64,000 bases of DNA from Gemmatimonadota bacterium. Its GTDB lineage: Bacteria; JBHIER01; G020348925. The translations under genes and the position numbers were made by a program. The notes beneath the pieces are model-generated. The model was given only the letters and a program-made list of their open reading frames with translations. It did not search any database and was not told the DNA's origin. The stretch is from contig CP070758.1 of the NCBI GenBank assembly GCA_020348925.1, positions 186,001-250,000 on the forward strand, read 5' to 3'. Positions 12,524-22,918 of this stretch are shown here, one piece after another; the stretch's first letter is position 1, and each line of letters opens with the position of its first letter.

Positions 12524-13579
12524 ATGAAACAATTAGATTCGCAAAAAAGATTGAGAACCTGTGGTTTTTTTATGATCTTGGCAGTAGCTCTTATTATAAC
12601 ACCAGGAGCTAACCAGGCATATGCTGTTGAGTTTTCTGACTATTGCCCTGTTGATCCTGCAGATCATGGTGTAAAAACTTTTGAGTGGACAGAGGGACCA
12701 ACTGGACAATATACCAGCGAGATTATTGGTGCAGGTGTAGTGCCTTACACAACTGGTGCAATAACAGGTACAAGAATCTCTAATTTCTCGGATTTCGGAG
12801 TTGGAATAGTATACAACAATGGACTACATGTTAAATTTCTGGGTAGCGACAGCTATTATGTATCAATAGACAGCTCTCTTACTGCTCATCCTTTATCATG
12901 GTCGTTTGGCACTTTGACTGATGGAATGATTATTGACCAGGGGGAACATTACTGGGTGAAAAGTGATTTGTCGAGCTGGGAAATGGTAGATAATCAGCAG
13001 ATTTTAATTAGTATTCAAGAGGTATCCGTCTTAGAAGGTAATTACCACAACGCCGTTATTTTCTGGTGGCTTGATACGGACTACCCATTTACAGAGTTAA
13101 ATCTGCATGGAAAAGAATCTGATTTGGGTATTACATTACCAACAGCTTCCGATACAGGCGGTTATGCAGTTACAGCTTTTGATATCTTTGGCTCTGGGAC
13201 AGGACAAATAGCTGTGGGAGATATTGAGGCCTCGACAGGTTCTTTAAACTATCTTAGCGAATTAAAAGAAATTAGCCCCATCTCTACTATCTCCGGATGG
13301 GTATGGATGGAAAGTGGTAGCGATTTTGCTTATTCATTAGACGAAGGGGATTCAGTTTACTTCTTATCATTTGGGCCTGTATGGTACTATAATATCAATA
13401 CAGGCCAGTGGAACTCAGAAGGACCCGTGGGCTGGATTTACATAAATTGGCCTTTTTACTACGAGTTGGATTCAGGTGACTTGTGGTTTGTACTCCCACC
13501 TCCTGGTGGTGACAGATTCTGGGTATATCACTTCAGCACCGGTCAATGGGAAGCGTTGCCTACCATAATACCCTGGTGA
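12524..13579 (+). CDS. Secreted hypothetical protein with the Trp-rich C-terminal domain
   Basis: AAGGAG RBS before ATG 12524; signal peptide ending AYA; C-terminal ~95 aa homologous to the preceding gene. Confidence 0.75.
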   Translation: MKQLDSQKRLRTCGFFMILAVALIITPGANQAYAVEFSDYCPVDPADHGVKTFEWTEGPTGQYTSEIIGAGVVPYTTGAITGTRISNFSDFGVGIVYNNGLHVKFLGSDSYYVSIDSSLTAHPLSWSFGTLTDGMIIDQGEHYWVKSDLSSWEMVDNQQILISIQEVSVLEGNYHNAVIFWWLDTDYPFTELNLHGKESDLGITLPTASDTGGYAVTAFDIFGSGTGQIAVGDIEASTGSLNYLSELKEISPISTISGWVWMESGSDFAYSLDEGDSVYFLSFGPVWYYNINTGQWNSEGPVGWIYINWPFYYELDSGDLWFVLPPPGGDRFWVYHFSTGQWEALPTIIPW

Positions 13580-13955
13580 ATGGACGGTGTCGCCGCGAAT
13601 AATACCTTGATGTCCGGAAAAACAACTAAACCACTGTTGAGGATTTTTTATTTTATACCTATTCACAATATTATGTTTCATCGATATAAGAGATACTCTT
13701 CCTTAAGCCAATCGAGAATTCCCTTAGGGTGATAAAATACTCCAGTTAGTCGGAAGCAGAAAAAAGGTAACAATGCCGCATGCTTATTCAGAAGGTACTT
13801 GAAAAAGTACCTTAAACAAGAAAATTGAGGCCAACCTTAAAGAGGCTCAAGAAAAACTACAAAGACTGAAACGATTTGTAGCATCTTGTTCATTGCTCCT
13901 AATTAACTATCTAAGCCAGCCTGTTGGATCTCACAGATCTCCCCCATCTTCCACT

Positions 13956-14473
13956 TTAATCGGGATACAAATTGAAATAATAAGGCCATGGTGGTGTAGG
14001 AGTGTGTTCAACAGGCTCTACTCGGATCGTAACCGTACTACCTGATGGATTCCAGTTCTCAGGTTTAGCCAAATGGGCGTGAATACCAATTTGATATATC
14101 TTGCTTACACCCAAAACGGGTATACTCGAAACCGACGTGGCTCCTCCAGAAGCAAAGCTGAGTATTACTGGTGTATAACCGGAAAGCTTACCATCAGTGG
14201 TTGGGCCTATTAAGGCCCCAACAACTAATTCTTGCGATAAGTCAGATCCTGTCGCTCCATCTATAGAAACAAGTGTGAAATTCAAAGAAAAGAGCTTGTA
14301 ATCCCCTATTTCAAAGCCAATCAGAGTTCCTTTCCCGCCTACACCCGAAGAGACATAGTCTATTGTATTATCCCCGGGAACATTGCTGGGAAAATGGATA
14401 TCAAATTCAATTCCTGAGTCAGAAACAAGTCTCTTGCGAACGACTTTGGCTCCTTTTGGATTTCCTCCATCCC
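13956..14473 (-). CDS. Hypothetical beta-rich protein, 5' partial
   Basis: Frame of ORF 13956-14285 stays open to the gap edge at 14473. Confidence 0.5.
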
Positions 14474-14573
14474 NNNNNNNNNNNNNNNNNNNNNNNNNNN
14501 NNNNNNNNNNNNNNNNNNNNNNNNNNNNNNNNNNNNNNNNNNNNNNNNNNNNNNNNNNNNNNNNNNNNNNNNN

Positions 14574-14849
14574 GATCTGTTGCCGGCCGAGTACGGTCTG
14601 GCTCAGAACTACCCGAACCCGTTCAACCCGGTGACGTCGATCGCCTACAGTCTGCCTCAGGCGGCCAAGGTCAAGGTGGTTGTCTACAACACCCTGGGAC
14701 AGATTGTGTCAGAGCTGGTGAACACCGATCAGGAGGCCGGGCATCACGTGGTCAAGTGGGATGCCCGGGATCTGGCCAGCGGCGTCTACTTTTACCGGAT
14801 CGAGGCCAACGACTTCACGGCCACCCGGCGGATGGTGCTGATGAAGTAA
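14574..14849 (+). CDS. C-terminal fragment of a secreted protein (T9SS type A sorting / FlgD-Ig-like domain)
   Basis: [11 protein letters not shown]...VYNTLGQ...SGVYFYR...RRMVLMK. Confidence 0.85.
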   Translation, partial: DLLPAEYGLAQNYPNPFNPVTSIAYSLPQAAKVKVVVYNTLGQIVSELVNTDQEAGHHVVKWDARDLASGVYFYRIEANDFTATRRMVLMK

Positions 14850-14901
14850 AGTGCAATTCATGCTCTGGGGAGATGGTCTCCCGGAGTGTTGAATATAGGG
14901 A

Positions 14902-14940
14902 GAAAGCCGCCCTGGTTTCAAGACCGGAGCGGCTTTTTTT
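14902..14940 (+). terminator. Intrinsic terminator
   Basis: AAAGCCGC...GCGGCTTTTTTT hairpin and T tract. Confidence 0.8.
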
Positions 14941-15008
14941 ATATTGATGTTGAGGTATAGCGCCGTGCAACTATTTTTGGATTAATGTGCTTCCATATCT
15001 TTTGAGAA

Positions 15009-15041
15009 AGACTTCAGAAGTTATCAAAACTTCGGAAATCT
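15009..15041. repeat. Short REP-like palindrome
   Basis: AGACTTCAGAAGTT-ATCA-AACTTCGGAAATCT imperfect inverted repeat. Confidence 0.5.
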
Positions 15042-15126
15042 GACACGTAATGGAAAATCCTGACCTGTCACCATCCTTTCCTGTTTTTCAATGTGATTTT
15101 CAAAAGCCTGCGAAACATAAAAAAGT

Positions 15127-15155
15127 TTGACACAGGCGACTTCCCGTCATACATT
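15127..15155 (+). promoter_or_regulatory. Putative sigma70 promoter
   Basis: TTGACA-17bp-TACATT upstream of ORF 15178. Confidence 0.5.
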
Positions 15156-15177
15156 TCCTTTTGTATAAAGGTGTACT

Positions 15178-15435
15178 ATGACAGCAGAGAACATACATCC
15201 CGCTGAAGTCATAAGTTATTCCGGCTACAGGGGTGAAGAGCGTCCTGCATCCTTTGTGTGGAAAGGGACACGTCTGCAAGTTGAAGAGGTGGCAGAGCGG
15301 TGGCTGGAGAGGGGTGCAGTCGATGGTGGGAGTGAGAAGAGATACTTTCGCGTCAAAGCGGACGATGCACAAGGCTATATTCTCTTTTACGATACTGACC
15401 AGGATCAATGGTTTGTGAGCGAACGGCAATCGTGA
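15178..15435 (+). CDS. Small conserved protein (DUF6504-like)
   Basis: YSGYRGEERP..F.W....VEEV.ERW...YFRV....Y.LFYD.....W pattern. Confidence 0.6.
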   Translation: MTAENIHPAEVISYSGYRGEERPASFVWKGTRLQVEEVAERWLERGAVDGGSEKRYFRVKADDAQGYILFYDTDQDQWFVSERQS

Positions 15436-15495
15436 GTGATTTCGACTTATCAAAGAATTGATTTTCCTCAAGAGAAGTTGCACAAGAGAAAAGAG

Positions 15496-15552
15496 TTGAC
15501 ATGAACAGTGGCGGGTGTTATATTTCAAAATTATATGAACATATATTCATAT
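15496..15552 (+). promoter_or_regulatory. ars operon promoter and ArsR operator
   Basis: TTGACA (15496)-17bp-TATATT (15519) with extended TG; inverted repeat ATATGAA-CATATA-TTCATAT at 15533-15552. Confidence 0.75.
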
Positions 15553-15573
15553 GATCATTTTAAGGAGACATAC

Positions 15574-15945
15574 ATGAGAGATACGTTGCAGGTGTTTAAA
15601 GCCTTGTCCGACGAAACGAGACTCAGAATCCTGCACTTGCTTCAGAAACAGGAACTGTGCGTGTGTGAATTGGTGGAGATCCTGGAAATGGAACAGTCGA
15701 GGGTCTCTCATCAGCTCCAGATTCTGAAAAACGCACGTCTCGTGAACGACCGCAGAGAGCGGAAATGGATTGTCTATTCGTTAAACATTCGAGATGACGA
15801 TTCTTGGAATCGAGATGTTTTTCGTCTTTTAAAGACGTTTCTTGATAAGGATGAGATCGTCGAGGAGGATGAACGTCGTCTGAAACTCTGTTTGAAGAGT
15901 GATGTTCGGGAACGATGTCACACATTGGAGAGTGTCAGGAAGTGA
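15574..15945 (+). CDS. arsR: ArsR/SmtB family metalloregulator
   Basis: [39 protein letters not shown]. Confidence 0.92.
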   Translation: MRDTLQVFKALSDETRLRILHLLQKQELCVCELVEILEMEQSRVSHQLQILKNARLVNDRRERKWIVYSLNIRDDDSWNRDVFRLLKTFLDKDEIVEEDERRLKLCLKSDVRERCHTLESVRK

Positions 15946-17135
15946 ATTCGGAACCTGTTCGTAGGTTGAGCATATTTGAACACTATCTCACGCTCTGGGT
16001 TGCGTTGTGTATTGTTGCAGGTATCGGCCTTGGAAAAATCGCCCCACAGGTAGCCGCGGAGTTGGACGGCCTGGCCATTTTCGTGGGTGGTGCACCTGTT
16101 GTATCCATCCCCATCGCCGCTTGCCTTTTCTTCATGATGTATCCCATCATGGTCAAGATCGATTTTGCAGAGGTCATTCAGGCCGGAAAGAGCGGAAAGC
16201 CGGTGGGTCTCACGCTGTTTGTCAATTGGGCCCTCAAACCCTTTACGATGTATGCCATTGCTCTTTTTTTCCTGGGTGTTGTGTTCCGCGGACTCATCGG
16301 GACGGAGGCTGTGGACCTGGTCAAGATGCCCTTCGGTCTTGATCTGCCGGTGGGATCGAGCCACGGTGCCGGGACGGTGGTGCTTGTCGACGGTGTGAAA
16401 ATGCTCCAGGTACCGCTGTGGCGGAGCTATCTGGCCGGATGCATCCTGTTGGGCGTTGCACCGTGCACTGCCATGGTCCTGGTTTGGGGTTACCTAGCCA
16501 AGGGAAACGACGGACATACCCTCGTCATGGTGGCCATAAACTCATTGACCATGCTCCTTCTGTATGGAGTGTTGGGTGGATTTCTTCTCGGTGTGGGAAG
16601 GCTGCCCGTACCGTGGCAGGCGCTCCTTCTGTCCATAGGAATCTATGTGGCGCTCCCGCTGGTGGCCGGTTTTTTCACGCGGAAGTGGATTATTGCGATG
16701 AAGGGGGAAAACTGGTTCAGAGACAAGTTTCTTCATATTCTGACCCCAGTCACCATAGCGGCGCTCCTGGTTACCCTTGTCCTTCTCTTTTCGTTCAAAG
16801 GGGATGTGATCCTGTCAAATCCGCTGACCATCCTGTGGGTCGCTATTCCACTGTTCATCCAGACCAATCTCATTTTCTGGGTGGCCTACGGGTTGGCCAG
16901 ACTTCTCAACTTGACATACAGAGATGCCGCGCCTTCGGCCATAATCGGGGCATCCAACCACTTTGAGGTGGCCATTGCCACTGCTACGATGCTGTTCGGC
17001 CTTTCCTCCGGAGCCGCCCTGGCAACCGTGGTGGGGGTCCTCATTGAGGTGCCGGTGATGCTCATGCTGGTTTCAATCTGTAAGCGGACAAGCCACTGGT
17101 TTTCTGAGTTTTCACCGCAACCTCCACCGGTATAA
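15942..17135 (+). CDS. acr3: ACR3 family arsenite efflux transporter
   Basis: [47 protein letters not shown] overlaps the arsR stop. Confidence 0.96.
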   Translation: MNSEPVRRLSIFEHYLTLWVALCIVAGIGLGKIAPQVAAELDGLAIFVGGAPVVSIPIAACLFFMMYPIMVKIDFAEVIQAGKSGKPVGLTLFVNWALKPFTMYAIALFFLGVVFRGLIGTEAVDLVKMPFGLDLPVGSSHGAGTVVLVDGVKMLQVPLWRSYLAGCILLGVAPCTAMVLVWGYLAKGNDGHTLVMVAINSLTMLLLYGVLGGFLLGVGRLPVPWQALLLSIGIYVALPLVAGFFTRKWIIAMKGENWFRDKFLHILTPVTIAALLVTLVLLFSFKGDVILSNPLTILWVAIPLFIQTNLIFWVAYGLARLLNLTYRDAAPSAIIGASNHFEVAIATATMLFGLSSGAALATVVGVLIEVPVMLMLVSICKRTSHWFSEFSPQPPPV

Positions 17136-17194
17136 GGAGAAACCGATCTGAAGATTCGAAAAACCAGGGTTCTGGATAAGGATTGATAGTATCC

Positions 17195-18364
17195 ATGAGG
17201 GAAAGAACAAAACTGGCATTGTTTCTCATCGTCTTCGCTGTTGCCTACTTTTTGCCGATTCAGAGTGTCAGAGTACAATCGGCCATTGTCGAGGCTTTCC
17301 ACTTACTTCGGGAGTACGCCCGAGAGCACGTTCTCTTCTGTCTGGTACCCGCCTTCTTTATTGCCGGGGCCATCTCTGTATTCGTCAGTCAAACGTCGGT
17401 GACGAAATATTTCGGCGCTGGCGCTAAGAAAGTTCTCTCGTACAGTATCGCCTCGGTTTCCGGAACGATCCTGGCCGTCTGTTCCTGTACAGTGCTGCCA
17501 TTGTTCGCAGGTATTTATAAAAGGGGGGCAGGCCTCGGACCGGCCACGGCTTTCCTGTACTCAGGGCCGGCCATAAATATACTGGCCATCATTCTCACGG
17601 CAAGGGTATTGGGTTGGGAGCTGGGTATTGCCCGGGCAGTTGGAGCCATTGTTTTCGCCGTTGTCATCGGGTTGCTCATGGCGGCCATCTACAGAAAGGA
17701 GGAACAGCTGGGAACAGCTCAGACAGTTTCTCTCGATTCAGAGGGAGAAAAACGACCGCTGTGGAAGAACGGTCTCTATTTCCTGACCCTGATTCTTATC
17801 CTCATCTTCGCGGCCTGGGGTAAGCCGAGAGAGTCCGTTGGCTTCTGGAACGCAATCTACAACGTTCACTGGATCCTAACTGGTGTTACCCTGTTATTTC
17901 TTTTTCTGGAACTTGTTTTCTGGTTCAGGAAGGATGAATTGGGTGAGTGGGTGGAGGGAACCTGGTTCTTCACCAAGCAGATCCTTCCCCTTCTTTTTGC
18001 GGGTGTTCTGGTCGCCGGGTTCCTGATGGGTCGTCCAAATACTGATAGCGGATTGATTCCTGCCAGGTATATTGCTGACTTGGTCGGCGGGAATTCCTTT
18101 AAAGCAAACGTTCTCGCTTCAGTATCCGGTGCGTTGATGTATTTTGCCACTCTAACCGAAGTACCTATACTTCAGGGACTTTTGGGTTCCGGGATGGGGA
18201 AGGGTCCTGCCTTAGCTCTTCTGCTTGCCGGACCAGCCCTGAGTCTGCCCTATATGCTTGTCATACGAAGTGTCATTGGAACAAAGAAAACAGTGACCTT
18301 TGTTATACTGGTGATTGCAATGGCTACGATTACTGGGATGGTATTCGGAGCAGCCTGGAGGTGA
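17195..18364 (+). CDS. DUF318 / ArsP-like permease
   Basis: AVCSCTVLPLF, FLYSGPAIN, MYFATLTEVP, GPALSLP. Confidence 0.9.
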   Translation: MRERTKLALFLIVFAVAYFLPIQSVRVQSAIVEAFHLLREYAREHVLFCLVPAFFIAGAISVFVSQTSVTKYFGAGAKKVLSYSIASVSGTILAVCSCTVLPLFAGIYKRGAGLGPATAFLYSGPAINILAIILTARVLGWELGIARAVGAIVFAVVIGLLMAAIYRKEEQLGTAQTVSLDSEGEKRPLWKNGLYFLTLILILIFAAWGKPRESVGFWNAIYNVHWILTGVTLLFLFLELVFWFRKDELGEWVEGTWFFTKQILPLLFAGVLVAGFLMGRPNTDSGLIPARYIADLVGGNSFKANVLASVSGALMYFATLTEVPILQGLLGSGMGKGPALALLLAGPALSLPYMLVIRSVIGTKKTVTFVILVIAMATITGMVFGAAWR

Positions 18365-18371
18365 TACTGAT

Positions 18372-18863
18372 ATGGAAGGTGTGACCATGATACGGATCGG
18401 TGGAGTTGAAATCGGGATTCTGGATCTGGACATATCCTTTGAAGAGATCAAACAACTCAATATTCATAATGAGGATGAACTGAAACGGGCTATTTTCCAG
18501 GAAATCAAGAAGAGAAATTATGTCCCGTCTTCCAAGGAGGAAGAATATACTGACGGACTCTATAAGGCATACAGAAAATTCATGGGAGAGAAGGTTGAGG
18601 AAGAGTATGAAGGATTGGAGATCAAGATTCTGGGGCCGGGGTGCGCCCGGTGCGACAAGCTTGAGCAGGATGTGCGCACCATTTTAACGGAACTCAATAT
18701 TGCCGCTGAGGTACTGCATGTCCGCGATCCGATGGCCATTGCCGACTACGGTATCATCGGCACACCCGCACTTGTGGTCAACGGGATCATCAAATCGGCC
18801 GGAAAAGTACCGAATCGAGACGATATTGTGAAATGGATTACTGAAATCCAAAACAAATCATAA
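18372..18863 (+). CDS. Thioredoxin-like protein (MTH895/ArsE family) with N-terminal extension
   Basis: IKILGPGCARC...YGIIGTPALVVNG. Confidence 0.85.
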   Translation: MEGVTMIRIGGVEIGILDLDISFEEIKQLNIHNEDELKRAIFQEIKKRNYVPSSKEEEYTDGLYKAYRKFMGEKVEEEYEGLEIKILGPGCARCDKLEQDVRTILTELNIAAEVLHVRDPMAIADYGIIGTPALVVNGIIKSAGKVPNRDDIVKWITEIQNKS

Positions 18864-18893
18864 GACTTTGATCAGCAAGGAATAGATGGGACC

Positions 18894-19586
18894 ATGGAAA
18901 ACATGTTGAACAACGCCAACGAGCTCATTCATACCAATCCCTGGCTTGCCTTCGTCGCCGTCTTTGTGGGCGGACTCCTGACCGCCTCCAATCCCTGTGT
19001 TCTGGCCATGATTCCTCTCACCATAGGTTTTGTGGGAGGGACGAAGGAGATCGCGGGATTCAGGAAGGCGTTCTCCTTTTCCTTCGTTTTTGTGCTCGGG
19101 CTGGCCATAACCTTTACAATCCTGGGAATCATAGCGGCCCTTGCCGGGAGGCTTTTAGGAGATGTCGGAAGCTACTGGAAATATATCGTCGCCGGTGTGT
19201 GTTTCGTTATGGGAATCCACCTCATGGAACTCTTCCGCTTTCAGATCCCCGGCGTGGGCGCTGTGCGTCCGAAACGCGGGGGCATTATCGGTGCGTTCTT
19301 TCTTGGTCTTCTGTTTGGTGTTGTCTCCACTCCGTGCGCGGCACCCATTCTGGTCGTTCTTTTGGCCTTTATCGCGGCCAAGGGAAATGTTATGTATGGC
19401 GCACTGCTCCTACTCGTATATGCCCTGGGACATTGCGTTCTCATCCTGGTGGCTGGCACCTCCGTCGGTCTGGCCAAGGGCTTGCTCGAAGCGAGGGGAT
19501 TGCGTCGAGCCACGAATCTGCTGAGAAAAGGGGCGGGAGGCCTCATTATTCTGGTGGGTCTCTATTTTCTGTTCATGTCTCCTTGA
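18894..19586 (+). CDS. ccdA: CcdA/DsbD-beta disulfide-transfer membrane protein
   Basis: SNPCVLAMIP and STPCAAPIL motifs; about 6 TM helices. Confidence 0.85.
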   Translation: MENMLNNANELIHTNPWLAFVAVFVGGLLTASNPCVLAMIPLTIGFVGGTKEIAGFRKAFSFSFVFVLGLAITFTILGIIAALAGRLLGDVGSYWKYIVAGVCFVMGIHLMELFRFQIPGVGAVRPKRGGIIGAFFLGLLFGVVSTPCAAPILVVLLAFIAAKGNVMYGALLLLVYALGHCVLILVAGTSVGLAKGLLEARGLRRATNLLRKGAGGLIILVGLYFLFMSP

Positions 19587-19635
19587 ACGTGTAGGTTTAT
19601 TATTAAATATCGTGGATTCGGAGTAAAATAATACT

Positions 19636-20148
19636 GTGCGAAATATACTACAGTCATCATTTCCTGTTTTCTTTTTCTTTGTTTTGACGATAGAAATCTT
19701 TTCCGCCCTGTTTTCATGTGAAAAGAACAACCCGGAGAAACGGAGTGAAAACGGTCCCGAGGATGCTGTCGTTGTGGACGTCGTCGGTGAGGATTCGCAC
19801 GGCGACAGTGTTACTGCAGAGTACCTCCACGAGATAATCCACAGCGGTCGCAAAGTTCTGCTCAACTTCTGCTACTGCTGCGACTGCAAGATTACGAAAC
19901 CCATGCTGCAAAACGCTGTCGAGAAGTATGCCCTTCCTGTGACGGTGATCACTGTGGATGTGATGGAGCATTTCGATCTGGCCGATGCGTATGGCGTGAA
20001 GCAAAGTCCCTTGTACATTCTTTTTAATGAGAGGGGCGAAAAGACGGACACGTTGTATGGCTTTACGGAGAATGATTTTATGGATTCGAAAGAGGTCCAG
20101 GAATGGTTGAAGAACGGTGTTCTGGAATCCGAAAGGGGGTTGAAGTGA
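19636..20148 (+). CDS. Exported/lipoprotein thioredoxin-like protein
   Basis: Hydrophobic N-terminus ending LFSC; LLNFCYCCDCK; YGVKQSP cis-Pro loop. Confidence 0.7.
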   Translation: MRNILQSSFPVFFFFVLTIEIFSALFSCEKNNPEKRSENGPEDAVVVDVVGEDSHGDSVTAEYLHEIIHSGRKVLLNFCYCCDCKITKPMLQNAVEKYALPVTVITVDVMEHFDLADAYGVKQSPLYILFNERGEKTDTLYGFTENDFMDSKEVQEWLKNGVLESERGLK

Positions 20149-20384
20149 AGATCGAAGTCTTCGGGCCCGGGTGTGCCAAATGCACCGCCACGGCGAAGTA
20201 TGCGCACGAGGCTGTGGCCGAATTGGGTCTTGATGCCGAAGTCGTTAAGGTGGAGAAACTCGACGAGATTATGAAACGAGGTGTCCTTATGACTCCTGCG
20301 GTCTTTATCGACGGGAAAAAATACAGTGAAGGAAAAATGGTAAAAAAAGACCAAATCAAGGAGTGGATACGGTCCGGAATGTAA
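20145..20384 (+). CDS. Small thioredoxin-like protein (MTH895/ArsE family)
   Basis: MKIEVFGPGCAKC...GVLMTPAVFIDG; GTG overlaps the upstream stop. Confidence 0.88.
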   Translation: MKIEVFGPGCAKCTATAKYAHEAVAELGLDAEVVKVEKLDEIMKRGVLMTPAVFIDGKKYSEGKMVKKDQIKEWIRSGM

Positions 20385-20398
20385 CAAGGGGAAGGAAT

Positions 20399-20815
20399 GT
20401 GACTATCAGATTACTCCAATCAATCGTCGTTTCACTCTTATTCATTGTATGCTTCATGGGTTGTGGTGGAAACGAGAGCAGGAGCTTCACTGAGGTTCCA
20501 GCCCTGGACGAGGCCCAACTGAAACAGACACTGTCATTGAAGAAATATGCGATGATCGAATTCGGTGGTCGCCACTGTATTCCCTGCAAAAAGATGCAGC
20601 CCATCCTGACCGAATTGTCAAAGAGTTACGGAGCCTCGATTTCTATTGGAAATGTATACGTTCAGGAACAGTTGAAATTGGGTCGTGAATATAAAGTGCG
20701 CTTGATTCCAACACAGATTATTTTTGACAAACAAGGGAAAGAAATTTTTCGCCATATAGGATTCTGGGACAAGCCCCAGATCCTTGTCAAATGGAAAGAA
20801 CTGAAGATTCTTTGA
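20399..20815 (+). CDS. Lipoprotein thioredoxin
   Basis: Lipobox-like FMGC; EFGGRHCIPCK; VRLIPTQIIFD. Confidence 0.85.
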   Translation: MTIRLLQSIVVSLLFIVCFMGCGGNESRSFTEVPALDEAQLKQTLSLKKYAMIEFGGRHCIPCKKMQPILTELSKSYGASISIGNVYVQEQLKLGREYKVRLIPTQIIFDKQGKEIFRHIGFWDKPQILVKWKELKIL

Positions 20816-21331
20816 TAGTATAAAATGCGCTCATCGCGAGAATGTGGGGGTAAATTCTCGCATTCACTTCTGCGTTGCTCTAAATCCTGGATCGATGGAG
20901 TGATGGAAAGGCAAGAGAGAAGAAATATGTGAGCCAGGGTTCCCTTTCCATCATGTGAAGGAAGTAAAAGGAAAAGCCCGTCCAAAGCCTTCGTTGAGAT
21001 CGTTATCGGTTTGCTCCTCTTGCCGGACGGTTTAACGGCTCAAGCTTCACAGCGGTTACACCTCCACCCCTCCGCACTCGAGCTCCTCTACTACTCGTTA
21101 CTTTCCCACTTTTTAACATTTAGATCTTTTGACTTTTGGACTCGCGAATGGAAATTGACACTTTTTTGCACGATCCAATAGAAAATCAAGAGGTTGCAAA
21201 ATTTGCCCTTGATTTTGGGTGTTGTATGATGTTATTTTGATAGTCTCCTGGATAAGACAACGTGAGACGCCATCGATGAGTGTTTTCAAACTTGAAACTA
21301 CGCGTCACAATGCTTTATAAGGAATCTGCCA

Positions 21332-21980
21332 ATGCCGGCCAATAATTCTGAAATCGAAAAACGGTTGTGGGATGCAGCTGATGAGCTGAGGGCGAATTCG
21401 AAGTTGAAATCCTCCGAATACTCCGTACCTGTGCTTGGGCTCATCTTTTTGAAATACGCAGATCATCGATTCGCCGAAGTGCAGAAGAAGCTTGAGGGAA
21501 AGTCTACAGGAAGGCATAAAATAGGCAAGACCGACTATCAGGCTAAGGGGATTATGTATCTGCCGGAGCAGTCCCGTTTCTCGTCGCTGATCAAATTGCC
21601 CGGTAGCGGGAACATCGGCAAAACCATTGATGAGGCCATGAAGGCCATTGAGTTTGAGAACGAGGAATTGCGGGACGTACTAACCAAGACCTATCACACA
21701 ATCAGTGACCGAACTCTGTCCACCTTACTGAAGACTTTCAATGCCATTCCCATGGATATGGAAGGCGATGTCTTCGGGAAGATCTATGAGTATTTCCTGG
21801 GCAAGTTTGCCATGGCCGAAGGGCAGAAGGGGGGCGAATTCTTCACGCCCACGGCCATCGTCAAGCTCATCGTGGACATCATCGAACCGTATCACGGACG
21901 CATCTTTGACCCGGCCTGCGGGTCGGGTGGCATGTTCGTCCAGTCGGCCCGGTTCGTCGAGCGGCACAGGAAGAATCCCA
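21332..21980 (+). CDS. hsdM: Type I restriction-modification methyltransferase subunit, 3' partial
   Basis: [45 protein letters not shown]. Confidence 0.93.
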
Positions 21981-22325
21981 NNNNNNNNNNNNNNNNNNNN
22001 NNNNNNNNNNNNNNNNNNNNNNNNNNNNNNNNNNNNNNNNNNNNNNNNNNNNNNNNNNNNNNNNNNNNNNNNNNNNNNNNAAGCCCCACTCGCAGCTTAG
22101 CGCCAGGACGGTGGCCAGGTTTATAAAGGCGTCCGACGTTATTTAGGATCCACGAAAAATTCACAGAAAAGAGCCAACGTTCATTTTGATCCTGATATGC
22201 ACCGGCTATTGCGGGTTGGGGTGCAGAGACGGATTGGTCTTTCTCTGCCTTGGTGAGTGAAGCCGTAAAGCTCTGACTCGCCGAGGATGTTGAGGATCTT
22301 GCTGTATTATCAAAATCAGAGAGCT

Positions 22326-22691
22326 AAAACGGTAATATCATTCTCCTCATTTCTGGTGCCATAGTGGGATTGATCGCTATTGTGAGACGATTGGAGAGAC
22401 AGATTTTTGCCTTGCTCTGATGCTTGTTCTCGGTGGGTTCTTTGGATCTCTCTGGAGCGCAACATCGCATGAGAGATATGCTTTTAGAGCACAAGAGCAG
22501 GACGCTATAGAAATAAACTCGATAAACTTTTCCCAAACGCACATCTGATAGAAATAAAGAATGAGGCAGACGAGGAAACGGAAAAGAAATATAAGTTTCT
22601 CCACAAGGTTCCTTTTTGGCACTTGTGGGCCGCGCTCAATATGCTGACAGCATGCGTTGGGATTTATCTTATGGGCGTTAGCAAGATTTAG
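22326..22691 (+). pseudogene. Frameshifted small membrane-protein gene (cassette 1)
   Basis: Hydrophobic segments GNIILLISGAIVGLIAI, LALMLVLGGFFGSLW and LWAALNMLTACVGIYLMGVSKI* in different frames; stop TAG overlaps attC-like site. Confidence 0.55.
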
Positions 22692-22794
22692 TCAACGAAT
22701 AATCAGCGCAGGCAGTCAATGGCGGCTAGGAAAGGGTTTCTTACGAGTCAAAACAAGCTCTTCCCCGCTGCGGCTGGTGCGCTGACCGTTAGGC
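22690..22794 (+). mobile_element. attC-like integron recombination site
   Basis: AGTCAAC ... TCAGCGCA/TGCGCTGA inverted pair ... GTTAGGC; long imperfect hairpin. Confidence 0.65.
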
Positions 22795-22918
22795 AAAAGC
22801 ATCAAAAACTATAAAAGAAATGAGTTTTGTTTTTTTCGCATTATCCAGGTTAGCAGCTTTACAGCGCGGACGCGAGGTGCCGTACCGCTCGCACAGAATG
22901 TAAGGAGAAAACCAACAA

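Noticed and set aside
20820-21300. Possible ncRNA or riboswitch between the ars operon and hsdM
   Set aside because: Only isolated hairpins; no recognisable consensus
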